Notes: generated by a model from the sequence alone, not told the origin. Shown: positions 24,842-37,156, numbered from the stretch's first letter. The stretch is DNA of 64,000 nucleotides from Octopus bimaculoides (GCF_001194135.2 NC_068987.1:5385068-5449067); one strand, 5' to 3'. Numbers and translations: made by a program.

Positions 24842-26033
24842 CAACGGGGCAGATAGTGACTAATTTATAACCACTGTCACTAAGACTAATAGCAAAGACA
24901 TAGCCCCCACTCCCAAAATAAAGCTCTGTAAATATGTTGGTTTGTGACTTCTTTCATTTTTAACCCTTATTGTGACAAATTTTCAGCTGGAAACCCACCT
25001 CATACTGGTCAAGCCTTGGGGGGGGGGTGTTACTGACATGAAAAACAACCAGTACACCCTATTAAGTGGTTTGATGCTCTACCGTGTATAGGTTGGATCT
25101 AACATGATGCAATTTATTCTAATTAATTTTCTTTACTTGAGGGGATTTATAAAATATGTAAATGTTTGAGCTGACAACAATGGGGCCACATGTTATAGAA
25201 GTTTTTCAAATAATGCTGTTATCTTTGTCAATATATTTTATAGCAGATGTAAAAAAAAATCTGGCTTTGTAGTTTCATTAAGCCTGTTAATTGAATGTGT
25301 TTTTTTGAGTCTTGGTGATAAAAGTCTACAAGAAATATTGGATGCAAGCAGAAGATACCTGTGTTGTAGGCGACTTGGAAGGAATAGTTGTTAGGTTCAA
25401 GAAAATTGGGTCTTAGATGAGCAAAGACAGGATGAAAATATAGACGAACTGTCAGAATGGTGACAACAGATATAATGATAATGAGGAGTAATCTTATGGG
25501 GGAACATACAGTTTCTTAATTCAAAGGAAAGAAAAAGGGATTAGTTCCAAATATAAATAATGTAGATTAAATCTGTTTGTGGGAGATCATGTCATCGTGA
25601 AATCTCATTATGGGAAGATTGCTCTGAAGAGTTAGAGACTAGAGTTACTTTTGTACTTTTATTTTCTGAGTAAAGTGAGCTCACAGAACTATAACAGGTT
25701 TCATATATTAATCAGGTGGAAGATATATCTGCACCTCAATAAGGTATTATCAGAAGAGAATAACTGTAAAGAACATTTCTTTTTAATAATTCAGATAAAA
25801 TGTGTTAATTGTAATACATTTTTCAACTTCATAGTTTTGGATTGAATTTTGATTAAAAAGAAACAAATTCTGATAAAATACCAAAGTAAGGATTCATTAA
25901 CATCGTTAGTCTGGAATATGAACTTCTGGAAGCGTCTGGCAATTGTCTTTGTAATCCAGTTATGATCAACATCATAGTGAAACTGGTAAAAAGATTTTGG
26001 TAATTAATCACTCTGCTAAGTACTGCATCTGGT

Positions 26034-26082
26034 TCACATCATTGTTATTCGTCGGTGATCAATTTTCTCTAATTGGACTAAT
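26034..26082 (-). CDS. MED18: Mediator subunit 18, exon 6 (terminal; PLVQLEKIDHRRITMM*)
   Basis: Resembles MED18 C-terminus PLVHLEKID; TTTGCAG acceptor; phase 2. Confidence 0.93.
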
Positions 26083-26548
26083 CTGCAAAAAGTTAAGGAT
26101 AGTCACAACTTCTAACATTTTGTTTCAAAACAAGCATTTTTTCTTTCAAGTATATATATTTTGTAGTTAGTCACTGTGAGACATTGACCTTCAGGTAAAT
26201 TACGTAGTTCCAGAAGGAAGGCCTTCCTCTTTCAGGTCTGGTTGGTTTTTCTTATTAATGTTTCTGTAACTTAGCTTCTTCTAGGTAGGGGATGTTAGCC
26301 CTACACAAACCCATTTTCACTTCTGAGAAGGGGTTGTCCATAATTAGCCTGGCCTCTCTCCTTTGACTTCTGCAGCATGGAAGGCCCTTCTAGGAGCTTG
26401 CACAAGTCACCGTAACAAGGGCTGGATCTTGTGATACTGCTAAAGTTACAAAAGGGTATGAGGGGAAACTGGGTTTTTGCCCAACCAATAAAAATAAGTC
26501 ATCTACATGAGGGGTAAAAATTATTAAAAAAAAAAAAAAAAAGGATAC
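26083..26548 (-). other. MED18: U12-type (minor spliceosome) GT-AG intron, MED18 intron 5, 466 nt
   Basis: 5' site GTATCCTTTT; branch site TCCTTAAC at 26099-26092, about 10 nt before the 3' AG; phase 2. Confidence 0.9.
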
Positions 26549-26682
26549 GGTTTAAGTTGTTCAGCAAAATTCTTCATGTCATCTTGGAGTAATTCCTGTC
26601 CAGCTGGAGCCACAACTGAGAGTTCCACAAGGTAGGAGAGTGAAAGAGGTTCAATACTTTCTACATTATTTGGTTGCAGCAT
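26549..26682 (-). CDS. MED18: Mediator subunit 18, exon 5
   Basis: MLQPNNVESIEPLSLSYLVELSVVAPAGQELLQDDMKNFAEQLKP; 134 nt, phase 0 to 2. Confidence 0.96.
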
Positions 26683-26979
26683 CTGTAATGGAGACGATAT
26701 AAACTGTTAATCTCTCTAGATATATACATACACAAACACGTTTCAAATACCTGCTCCAATAACCCAAATTGGACACAGCTGCGAAGTGAAGAAACTACTT
26801 TTGATAAATAACAGCTAAGGGGAAATAACTCACGAGCCAATGACGATAATTTGGAGATGTCCTGGTCCGGCCTCATAGTTGTTAGCCCACCTTCCACTCG
26901 TCTCCCAGCTTCTGTATCTATGGATCCTGTTGAACTGTCCAACCTAGAGAGCCCACGTTAAAGTATGACGATACACAGG

Positions 26980-27270
26980 TACCAAATTAACGGGCGAAGT
27001 TATGAAGGCCACTGAAAGAGCCCAGTTAATTAGGGAGTTAGAGAAGATGCAGTTTGGTTCCTTGCCAGGGAGAAGCATTACTCACGCTCTCTATAATTCA
27101 CCAACTACTGAAGTATTAGGAAAAAGCAAACCATTGTACTTAGCGTTCGTTGACCTGGAGAGAGCGTTTGACACAATGATCCCTCATCTGTTGATTGCTG
27201 TGAAAGCTAAAAGAAGAACGATGGTGATTGAAATGGATGGGCAATGTATTTCATTAGAAATAGGGACACA
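26980..27270 (+). mobile_element. RTE LINE reverse transcriptase fragment in MED18 intron 4
   Basis: MQFGSLPGRSITHA...KPLYLAFVDLERAFDT; a more decayed related piece lies at about 10150-10300. Confidence 0.85.
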
Positions 27271-28031
27271 AAAGGGATTAAATGAATCATCAGCCTTGTT
27301 TTAACGGTTAATATCTCATTCTTGCAAGGGTCAGACAGACTTTGATGAGGCAGATTTTCTATGGCTGGATGCTCTTCCTGTTGTCAATCCTCACCTGTTT
27401 CCGAACAAAGTAATATTTCCCTTTAGCCAGTTATTTTTTTTGCCATGGAAGACTGGAAATAAACATCCTTGGTTGTATGATAGTGTTGTTATTTTTACAA
27501 CCATCACATGATATCAAAACAAAGGTACACACAGAGGCTTTGGTTGGCCCAGGGCAATTATAGAAGGTATTTTACCCAAGGTGCTGCACAGTGAGACTGA
27601 ACCTAAGACCACATGGTTGGGAAGCAAGCTTCTTAACCACACAGTCACACATGCCTCTTTTACTTGTTTCAGTCACTTGACTGCGGCCATGCTGGAGCGC
27701 CGCTTTTAGTCGAGCAAATCGACCCCAGGACTTATTCTTTGTAAGCCTAGTACTTATTCTATCGGTCTCTTTTGCCGAACTGCTAAGTTACAGGGACGTA
27801 AACACACCAGCATACACACACACACATATATATATATCGATAGGCTTCTTTCAGTTTCCGTCTACCAAATCCAATCACAAGTTTTGGTCGGCTCAAAGCT
27901 ATAGTAGAAGACACTTGCTCAAGGAGCCACGCAGTGGGAATGAACCCGGAACCATGTGGTTGGTAAGCAAGCTACTTTCCACTTAAACTTTAAAACAAAA
28001 ATGAAAGAGAGAGAAAGGCAACTCAACTTAC

Positions 28032-28110
28032 TCTGAAAATTTTGGAAACGGTAACTTTCATTCTTCCTTTGTGAAAGAAATATCCTTTTATGACATATTC
28101 ATAATCCAGC
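28032..28110 (-). CDS. MED18: Mediator subunit 18, exon 4
   Basis: RLDYEYVIKGYFFHKGRMKVTVSKIFR; TTTCAG acceptor, GTAAGT donor; 79 nt. Confidence 0.95.
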
Positions 28111-28216
28111 CTGAAAGAAAAGATAAATAAAAAAAAAACAGGCATTTTGTATTCAGAATGTTTGAAGCAAAAAAGAAAAGTGAGAAAATATCAGGGAAGT
28201 TTAAAAAATTTTTTAC

Positions 28217-28339
28217 CTGAAACCCATTTCATTAAGAAAAGCGACAACATTATCTGAGGTCCCGACATCAACATAGGTCCTCACCAGTGTGTGACGGGTT
28301 TTGTCCCCGACTTCAGCCTGGCCAATGTAGCGTAAATGC
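28217..28339 (-). CDS. MED18: Mediator subunit 18, exon 3
   Basis: WHLRYIGQAEVGDKTRHTLVRTYVDVGTSDNVVAFLNEMGFR; 123 nt, phase 2 to 2. Confidence 0.96.
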
Positions 28340-28796
28340 CTGGAAATATGTAAACAAAAAAATCATTTAAGGGAACGCAATTTTGTAGTCCAGGGGTAAT
28401 GAGGTGAAAATAGTAAATGGGTCAGTGGTAGGCCAAAAATTGAAATTATATGGAATACTGATTTTAGAATCAGTTTTTTTCATTTTTTTCTTTTTTGGTG
28501 GAACTTAAGAACCAAATATTTTCTGCTCTATATTTAAGAGATGAGGAATTATGTACATTAATTTGGTTGGCCTGGGGCCATAGTAGAAGACACGTGCCCA
28601 AGGTGCTGCACAGTTGCACTGAATCCAAGACCACAAGTCGGGAAGCTGCTTCTTTGCCATACCACCATGGTTGGTATATCATATTTAAGTCTACTATTTC
28701 TGGTATGTTCCTTCCATTTTAAGAATGGTAGAGTAAGTTTTGAAGGAGATTTAGCTGTCAATTCTAGCAAGTTGAGTGACCTAGGAGTGAACTTAC

Positions 28797-28872
28797 CATG
28801 GTGCATTTGCAGCTGTCAGACTATGACGTACTCTGTAGAAAACAGCCTGGCTATTCTGGTTGCTGGTTCCTC
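28797..28872 (-). CDS. MED18: Mediator subunit 18, exon 2
   Basis: RGTSNQNSQAVFYRVRHSLTAANAPW; CATCAG acceptor, TG|GTAAGT donor; 76 nt. Confidence 0.93.
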
Positions 28873-31021
28873 CTGATGAAGAAAAAACCAAAAATATAAT
28901 CATCCTAATATCTTCATGCCTCTTGGCCTAACTAACGAAAAAGACTGGTCCTTAACTATTTAAGGCTAGGTTTAATTTCCCCTTTTATCTTTGAGTAAAC
29001 AGAGTCTTGCAGATAAACTGAGACCAATTTTAAGCAGTTGACCTTCTTGATTACTTTTTATGGGGCGTACTTCAAGCAAGGACCACACTCGAGTGGCAAC
29101 CGTTTGAAGACGTGCATCGTGCGTGCGACACGCAAAATGAAAAAAGCGAAGGCTGTGGCAGCTGCAAAAATTCACGTTCTCACATGGAAGCAGTAATTGC
29201 TCAAAAGGGTGGCCATATTCTTTTCTACTCTAGGCACAAGGCCCGAAATTTTGGGGGAAGGGGCCAGTCGATTAGATCGACTCCAGTACACAAGCGGTAC
29301 TTGATTTATCGACACCGAAAGGACGAAAGGCAAAGTCGACAGCCGTATTGAGTGATAAATGCTTTTGTAATAAATGTTACATTAAAATTATATCTGCCTA
29401 CTAACATTAATTTAGTATTTATAACCAGTTTTATGCATCATAAAAAGTGTCTCAATTTATCTGCAAGGAGAGATTTGAAAGAAATTTGGCTGCTATTTTT
29501 AGTAGGTCGAGTGACAAAGCAGGTNNNNNNNNNNNNNNNNNNNNNNNNNNNNNNNNNNNNNNNNNNNNNNNNNNNNNNNNNNNNNNNNNNNNNNNNNNNN
29601 NNNNNNNNNNNNNNNNNNNNNNNNNNNNNNNNNNNNNNNNNNNNNNNNNNNNNNNNNNNNNNNNNNNNNNNNNNNNNNNNNNNNNNNNNNNNNNNNNNNN
29701 NNNNNNNNNNNNNNNNNNNNNNNNNNNNNNNNNNNNNNNNNNNNNNNNNNNNNNNNNNNNNNNNNNNNNNNNNNNNNNNNNNNNNNNNNNNNNNNNNNNN
29801 NNNNNNNNNNNNNNNNNNNNNNNNNNNNNNNNNNNNNNNNNNNNNNNNNNNNNNNNNNNNNNNNNNNNNNNNNNNNNNNNNNNNNNNNNNNNNNNNNNNN
29901 NNNNNNNNNNNNNNNNNNNNNNNNNNNNNNNNNNNNNNNNNNNNNNNNNNNNNNNNNNNNNNNNNNNNNNNNNNNNNNNNNNNNNNNNNNNNNNNNNNNN
30001 NNNNNNNNNNNNNNNNNNNNNNNNNNNNNNNNNNNNNNNNNNNNNNNNNNNNNNNNNNNNNNNNNNNNNNNNNNNNNNNNNNNNNNNNNNNNNNNNNNNN
30101 NNNNNNNNNNNNNNNNNNNNNNNNNNNNNNNNNNNNNNNNNNNNNNNNNNNNNNNNNNNNNNNNNNNNNNNNNNNNNNNNNNNNNNNNNNNNNNNNNNNN
30201 NNNNNNNNNNNNNNNNNNNNNNNNNNNNNNNNNNNNNNNNNNNNNNNNNNNNNNNNNNNNNNNNNNNNNNNNNNNNNNNNNNNNNNNNNNNNNNNNNNNN
30301 NNNNNNNNNNNNNNNNNNNNNNNNNNNNNNNNNNNNNNNNNNNNNNNNNNNNNNNNNNNNNNNNNNNNNNNNNNNNNTATTCAACGTTGTGCAAATCATT
30401 TGTATATAATTTGTAACAGAAGTAAATCATTCATAAGTTCTAAATGCTTAGCGGCATTTTGTCTGTCTTTAATGTTCTGAGTTCAAATTCCACCGAAGTC
30501 AACTTTGCTTTTCATGATTTCGGGTTCATGGTTGGGGGTCGATGTAACTGACTTACCCTCTCTCCCGAAATTGCTGGCCTTGTGCCAAAATTTGAAACCT
30601 ATATTGGGAACAAGGGAAAAACAAAACAAAACAAAAGACAATTCTACTGTGGAATGCATTCGAAAACACAGTTGGTGCGACGAAGATTTTGTTTAAGTTA
30701 ACAACCTTTGTGCATTCCTCGGTGCCAGGCAAAATCAAGGAAGCCTCTACGTTGCGGCGCTCGACATGCTAGAAATAGCAGTCGAATTTCTCTCCAAACC
30801 ACAGCCTAACATCGTAAAAGGACGTATTTGGTAAGATAGTTCAGGGTACACAATGCCCAAAGCAAACATAAATAAAATAAAGGACAGTCATGATTCATTT
30901 CGGGGCTAAACAACAACAAAAACAAACAAACAAGGATCTCAAAAAGAATTTAACCAAAATGGAATTCGTTAAAAAAAACAAACAAGTCATTGAAAACGTA
31001 TTGAAAGAAATCGGGCCTCAC

Positions 31022-31199
31022 TCATAGCAAACACAAGTTCATGATCATGGAATGTCTCGTAGTTGTTTTCAGCATTATCACAAAGACCCCGTAGTCGGTT
31101 GAGAAGAACTTCACAAGAACTGTCGACGACGCTTCCTTGCAATAAATATTCGTGGAACGGAGTGGCTTGATGCCGATGCGTGGAAACCGAACCTTCCAT
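31022..31199 (-). CDS. MED18: Mediator subunit 18, exon 1
   Basis: MEGSV...EYLLQGSVVDSSCEVLLNRLRGLCDN...ETFHDHELVF; A|GTGAGG donor; the six exons total 639 nt, 212 aa. Confidence 0.96.
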
Positions 31200-32033
31200 T
31201 GCTGTTGTTTGATCGATTAGCGATTTCCAATTATCGTATCATTAAAACAAACATTTCTATAATTGGTAAAATAACAAATTAAATTAAACTCTGGATGTAT
31301 TTTCTGTTTGTTAATGAAAGAACAAAGAAAGCATCGACCGCCAAAGCATTCAAAACTTAATGGCGTATATTACACGGTGTTGACTCAAAAAACGTTCCCA
31401 GTGATTTTAAAGCTGTTTTAGTACAGAAAGTTGGGAGGAATCGTCAGCGCACGAGATAAATAATGCCTGACTGCTATTTATTAAGAATTTATGAATACAA
31501 GTCTGGATCTTATTTTTGATAATAATTAGACAGACAGACAGACAGACAGACAGCTAAATAGATAGATTTGTGTAATCATGTCTGTCTATCTATCTATCTA
31601 TCTATCTAACTATTTATATCTATCTAGCTATCTAACTATTTATATCTATCTATCTATCTATCTACCTGTCTGTCTGTGTCTGTCTGTCTGTCTGTCTGTC
31701 TATCTCTATGTATATACATACATACATGCATCCCTTTTTTCTCTTTCTTTTTTTCTTATCTGTGTGTCTGGTTGAACAAATGGAAGAAAGACTTGCCAAC
31801 CCTCAAAGCGTCAAAAGGCGTTAGAAGACGAACTTAGGGAGCCGAGATAAGTAGGGAGATGTCTTCGAAGCCGGTTTCAGCGTAAGTGCGATTGGGATTC
31901 ATTGTCACCTGATACCTACAGAAGACAATAAATTGTAGTCCTTAAGGATTTTTATTAACGTTCTCTTTTTGTGTGTGTGTGTAATAGGAAAGAATAAACG
32001 TGTACTTGTTAGACGTTTTTTGTTTCTTTAAAG

Positions 32034-32834
32034 TAAGAGTGGAGGAATTTTTTGACCAATTACCTCAAAATGTGTTTGTTTATGCCGATGTTACCCCCTT
32101 GGTTTGAAAGGAAGGAAATCATAGATTCTTTGAATTCAAAAGGTTTATTGAATCTAATTATATGGAAAATACAATTATAAAAAGTATAAAACAGATGCAA
32201 TAAAATAAATTAATATCCACATTATGAAACAAAAGGATTTTTCTAGAAACTTTTTCAATTCGGGTTTTGGAGAAATGATGATGTTTCATTTTTGTTACAA
32301 ATACATCAAAATTGGAGCATTTTGATGCTAGAGCAATTTGTATACAGTCTTCAAGGTCCAATCGATTACTCTGCTTTGTATTTATGTTCATTGAAGTGGA
32401 AAATCCTTGTTTGCAGAGATAGGTTGTTGCAAAAGGCAGCAACGTTTTTGACTGCCTCCTCAAACCAGAAGAAAGATTTCTGTCGTAACAAGGAAAAGGT
32501 TTGGAAATTATACATTTCTAAATCTCTCAGAGAGATTTATGCAGTAGTGATACGATGAAGTAGTTGTATGTTGTCAACTTAATGTGACAGTCCCCTAAAA
32601 GGAATAATGCTACTGTTGGTTAGACCTAGGAAGCGGTGCAGCTTCCTAGGTCTAACCAACAGTTGTATTATTCCCTTCAGGGGACTGTCACATTAAGTTG
32701 ACTGCATACAACTACTTCAAGGAAAAGGTTTTTTTAAAAATATAATTTCACTTATGTCTAGTGAGTCTTTATTACCCCCAAGAATTTCATTTTTACCCCA
32801 CATGGGGTAATTGACTCCTGTTCGCCGACTCCTG
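32034..32834 (-). mobile_element. Internally deleted hAT (Buster/Charlie) element retaining the transposase C-terminal dimerisation region
   Basis: LLPFATTYLCKQGFS...KQSNRLDLED (32463-32230); perfect 8-bp TSD CTTTAAAG at 32026-32033 and 32835-32842; TIR CAGGAGTCGGCGAAC. Confidence 0.9.
32556..32719. repeat. Near-perfect 164-bp palindrome (79-bp arms, 6-nt loop GGTGCA)
   Basis: About 73/79 positions pair; the inner 23 bp pair perfectly. Confidence 0.97.
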
Positions 32835-33495
32835 CTTTAAAGAGTCCCATATAAACTTTGTTTGTCACGTGCACAATGACATTTCACATCTGCGAGTCCT
32901 TAATGATTGCAGTGTGACTTTGTTGAATAAGGAATGCAGGAGAAGTGATGAAGATCACCTTTTACAGCTTCTGTGGGATAAATTTCTTCCAAGTTGTTTT
33001 TGAAAGCACACTTGTATGTTGCGACGCCAGATAACTGAATTTGCTTTGCAGAAAACTATCTTTTTACACTGAAGTAATTTTCTTCATCGTTGCTGATACA
33101 TGTGCACTTGCTGGTCACCATATTGAAATGAGCTCGTTTGCTTATTTTCGCTGTTGTTAACCTCGCAGTTTCTAGTCTCTGTATGGCGAAGGAATAGACT
33201 CGAGGCCTAGCCAGCCCGTAATAGCCGTCCGCCGTAATCAGGGCGGCGCACGTAGTGAAAATTTCCCAACTGTATGATGATGCGAATTGTAGATGCCGCT
33301 GCTGTGTGCAGAGTGGTCAACGAGTAGGCTAAAAATGTGCCTCGGGACTGTGTTTAGACGTTCTAAATTTTTTTTTGAGATTTGTCTTCGGAGAAAGCGC
33401 GAGAAATTGCTTGCGAAATCGTGAGAGCGTGAGATTACGCATAAAATCGCGAGACTTACGTTGTTTTCGGGTGTTTCTTTCAGTTAAAGATTTCA

Positions 33496-34468
33496 TTATT
33501 ACCTCCACCTTAGCGAAGGCGGAGGTATTGTTTTCAGTCGTGTTTGTCTATCTGTGGACAAGATATCTCAAGAACCGCTGGATGGATTCGAATGAAACTT
33601 TCTGGGATGTTTGGCACGAACTGATTAGATTTTGAGATCGATCCGGTACCGGACAAGGATTTCATATTATTCTTTATATTTACTTTATTTTACATGAAGT
33701 ATTACGATCTTACATTCTTTCAAGTCTTTCTCTGCTTATCGCCCTTGAAAGCAAGCTCGTGATTTCACCGTAAGCTATGGTGGCATTGCTCTTTCCAAAG
33801 ATTTGTTTTCGTGTTTCTTTTATTAATTTTACTCGCGTCTCTCAAACTATATAAACAAATGGCAGTAAAACCGTTCAGTAATTCAATAACATATTCAGTA
33901 ACAATAATAAATTTAATTTATCCCTGACAATTTTTAGTTTTACCAATTTTGAATATATCGTTCCTGTTTAAGACCTCTTACCTACTTGACGATTGCATTT
34001 CTAGCTCTGCCTTTTAAACCTCCGTTAACAGCACCGTATGCAGGTCCTTTCCGTTTTCTTTCACGCACGGATAAATTTTTCCCTATAGACCTTAATGGTC
34101 GTAAAGACACTATATCAGTGGATAGACTAAAAAAGGCCTTCATAGAGAAAACTGTCCCTGTTCCCACAGCAGACAACACACACACGCAGTACCAGCATGG
34201 TAATTAAAAACACGGCCGGTACACCCACCTTCACATTCCATGACTACCGTTGGTATCGATCAGGTACCGAACAAGGATTCTGGATTATTTTTCCGTTTTT
34301 TTTTACTTAATTTTTGAGAGCGGTCGGGTTCATTTTTAGCATTCTCGTTTAATGAGAGCAGTCGAGTTTATTTCAGATATTCTCATTCTAAAAATCATCT
34401 CCGGCTAATCGTTGAGAGGACGTTAGTGTTGCCTTGGCAGAGGTTTCCACTCTCTGAGTGCTCTTGTT
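33496..34468 (+). mobile_element. Non-autonomous Helentron-like (DINE/HINE-type) element
   Basis: 5' hairpin TACCTCCACC-TTAGCGAA-GGCGGAGGTA; 3' end CCTTGGCAGAGGTTTCCACTCTCTGAGTGCTCTTGTT; T-rich flanks with no TSD. Confidence 0.7.
33986..34200 (+). mobile_element. Ty3/Gypsy integrase C-terminal (GPY/F) fragment
   Basis: PLTAPYAGPFRFLSRTDKFFPIDLNGRKDTISVDRLKKA matches the PY.GP.....HV.RLK-type GPY/F module. Confidence 0.8.
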
Positions 34469-34566
34469 TTATTTGGTTTGCAAGATTTTTGATGTGAACT
34501 CATATGCTGAAATAGATTTTGTTGTTATCTCGGCAGGGTCGTTGTGCCAATAATGATAAACACACC

Positions 34567-34868
34567 CACTGGTTCTGTTTCACTTCTTTTATTATTATTA
34601 GTCAATTTGTTAACATTTACTCAATTAAATAGTCAACTGATTGATTAATCATTGTGCGAGTCAATCAATCAGTTAGATTTTTGAAAGTCCTTCATTGCTA
34701 TTCACGGCCTTTGGGCGTCATCGATAAGGTTGCGAATAGAAACGAAAGGATTTTGAACAAATCCAGCTGATTGACTGTCCGAGTGATTACTCAAACAATC
34801 AATTAGTTAATTGGTCAAATGTTAACGAATTAACTAATAATAACAAAAGGAATGAAAGAGAACCAGTG
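34567..34868. repeat. Diverged 300-bp foldback element
   Basis: CACTGGTTCTGTTTCA...TTAGTCAATTTGTTAACATTT mirrored by AAATGTTAACGAATTAACTAA...TGAAAGAGAACCAGTG; the arms run almost to the centre. Confidence 0.85.
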
Positions 34869-35849
34869 CGTATATGTATTCTTTGCATAGTGACCCTCCC
34901 GAAATACAACACTTTCAGTTAAAGATGTTTTTAAGATTTGTTCTTCAATTTTATTTTCAAAGCTGACGTACTCTGGGGGTTTCTTTCATGGTGTCTTTTC
35001 ACTGCTTTTGTCGACCTAACATACTCGTCTCCCTTTACTGATCGACGTCGCACACAACGTGAACTTTTGTTTGAATGTGAGATTTTCTCTCTTGTGGATT
35101 ATGTCTACCACAACAGATGATGCCACGAGGATAAATCTGCTAAATGACCAAACTTATCCTTCCCTAGAAGCAAGGGTTTCGCTTTCAAATGAAGAATTAT
35201 AAAATAAATTTCTCGAAAGGGCTGGGTAGGACTTTGGTGTTATCTTTTTAAAGTAATCTTTTATCTTTTATCTGTTTTAGTCAGTGGACTGTGGCCATGC
35301 TGGGGCACCGCCTTGATAGGTATCAGTCGAACAAATCGATCCCAATATTTATTTTAAAGTCTGGTAGTTACTCTATAGATCTCTTTTGCCGAACCGGTGA
35401 TTGGGATGTCAATAAACCAACACTGGTTGTCAAATGGTAGCAGGAGGACAAACACAAAGATACCCTTCCACACAAATATGACGGGTTTCCACACAGTTTC
35501 CGTCTACAAATCCACTTTGAAGGCATTAGTCAGTTCGGAGCTAAAGCAGAAGACAATTGCCCAGACTGCAGCGTACTGGAATTGAACTAGAATCCATGCG
35601 GTTACAGAGTGAGCTTCTTAACTACTCATGCCTCTTAAGCATGCCATGAAGTTGCTCTTAAAGTGGATTAGAACTCATAATCTATTTGCTATAAGCAATA
35701 TATTTCTTGTAAATTCAATGGTTTATTGAACGAGTGAGACAACTTGAATAAGCGGCCAGGTGATTTTATAATGAATTTGACTCTATTGTCAGTATTGATT
35801 CCTCGTATTTGATCACTAAATGTTCCGTTGTTATTCTTAAACTTGTTAC

Positions 35850-36240
35850 AAGGCAGTTGTGTTGGCACTTCGTCGCTTATGACATCGAGGGTTCCAGATG
35901 ATTCGACCTACAAAACAGCCTGTTCGTGAAATTAACGTGCAAGTGGCTGAGCACTCCACAGACACGTGTACCCTTAACGTAGTTCACGGGGATATTCAGC
36001 GTGACACAGTGTGACAAGGCTGGCCCTTTGAAATACAGGCACAACAGAAACAAGAAGTAAGAGTGAGAGAAAGTTGTGGTGAAAGAGTACAGCAGGGTTC
36101 GCCACCATCCCCTGCCAGAGCCTCGTGGAGCTTTAGGGGTTTTCGCTCAATAAACACTCACAACGTCCGGTCTGGGAATCGAAACTGCGATCCTTTGACC
36201 GCGAGTCCGCTGCCCTAACCACTGGGCCATTGCGCCTCCA
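35850..36240 (-). mobile_element. tRNA-derived SINE family D
   Basis: Reverse complement of most of 58717-59035; tRNA-like head near 36240. Confidence 0.8.
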
Positions 36241-36924
36241 CAAGGCAATAACCTCAACTAAACAAACTCGCTCACACACATATACACACACATGCACACA
36301 ATTATATTGAATGTCGATAAATTAAGTACCAGTTACGTACTGGGGTCGATCTAATCGACTAGCTCCCTCCCCTAAAAATTCGGTCTTGTGCCTAGAATAG
36401 AAAAGATTATTGTTTAAGTTCAAATTCCGCCGAGGTCGTTTTTGCGTTTCATCCTTTCGAGGTCGATAAATTAAGTACCAGTTTCGTACAGGGGTCGATC
36501 TAATCGACTGGCCCCCTCCCCCAAAATTTCGGGCCTTGTGCCCAGAGTAGAAAGAATATATTTTGTAATATAATATGATTGCCTAACGAAATACTGTTCC
36601 CTACTGGCCATTAAAAAGTAAAGGTAGTTCCTACACCCTTAGGGCTGCTTACACGGTTTCCATGGAGTAAAGGTGATCGAGATCCCTATATTCAACCTCA
36701 ACGGAACGCCAGCCTGTTGTAAAGTTAGTTATTTACATTAGAGCAACGTAAAATGAAGCGTTTTGTTCAAGATCGCAACGTATTGCTCGACCCGGGAATC
36801 GAAACTACGATCTTTCGATCGTGAGGGCAGCAACCTACATTCCTTCACATTCATGTGGAACTATAAAACATATCGAAGCAGGATAGGAAATGTGATAAAA
36901 CATTGTTTTACCTAGTTCATGTGG

Positions 36925-37105
36925 GAGGAGTAGTAATAGTAGTAGTGGTGGTGGTGGCATTAATAGAAGTGGTGGTAGACATAGTAGTAGTGGTAGTGGT
37001 AGTGGTCGTGGTGGTTGTAGTAGTAATAGTAGTAGTTGTAGTAGTGACATCATCATTATCACCACCACCACCACCACCACCACCAAAACCACCATTACCA
37101 CCACC

Positions 37106-37156
<51 letters not shown>

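Noticed and set aside
26661-26942. 93-aa minus-strand ORF
   Set aside because: It lies in MED18 intron 4 and overlaps exon 5 out of frame; MED18 is complete without it.
34938-35120. Short ORF with an acceptor-like site and RRR, resembling a secreted precursor
   Set aside because: No ATG, no convincing donor, no other exons and no recognisable motif.
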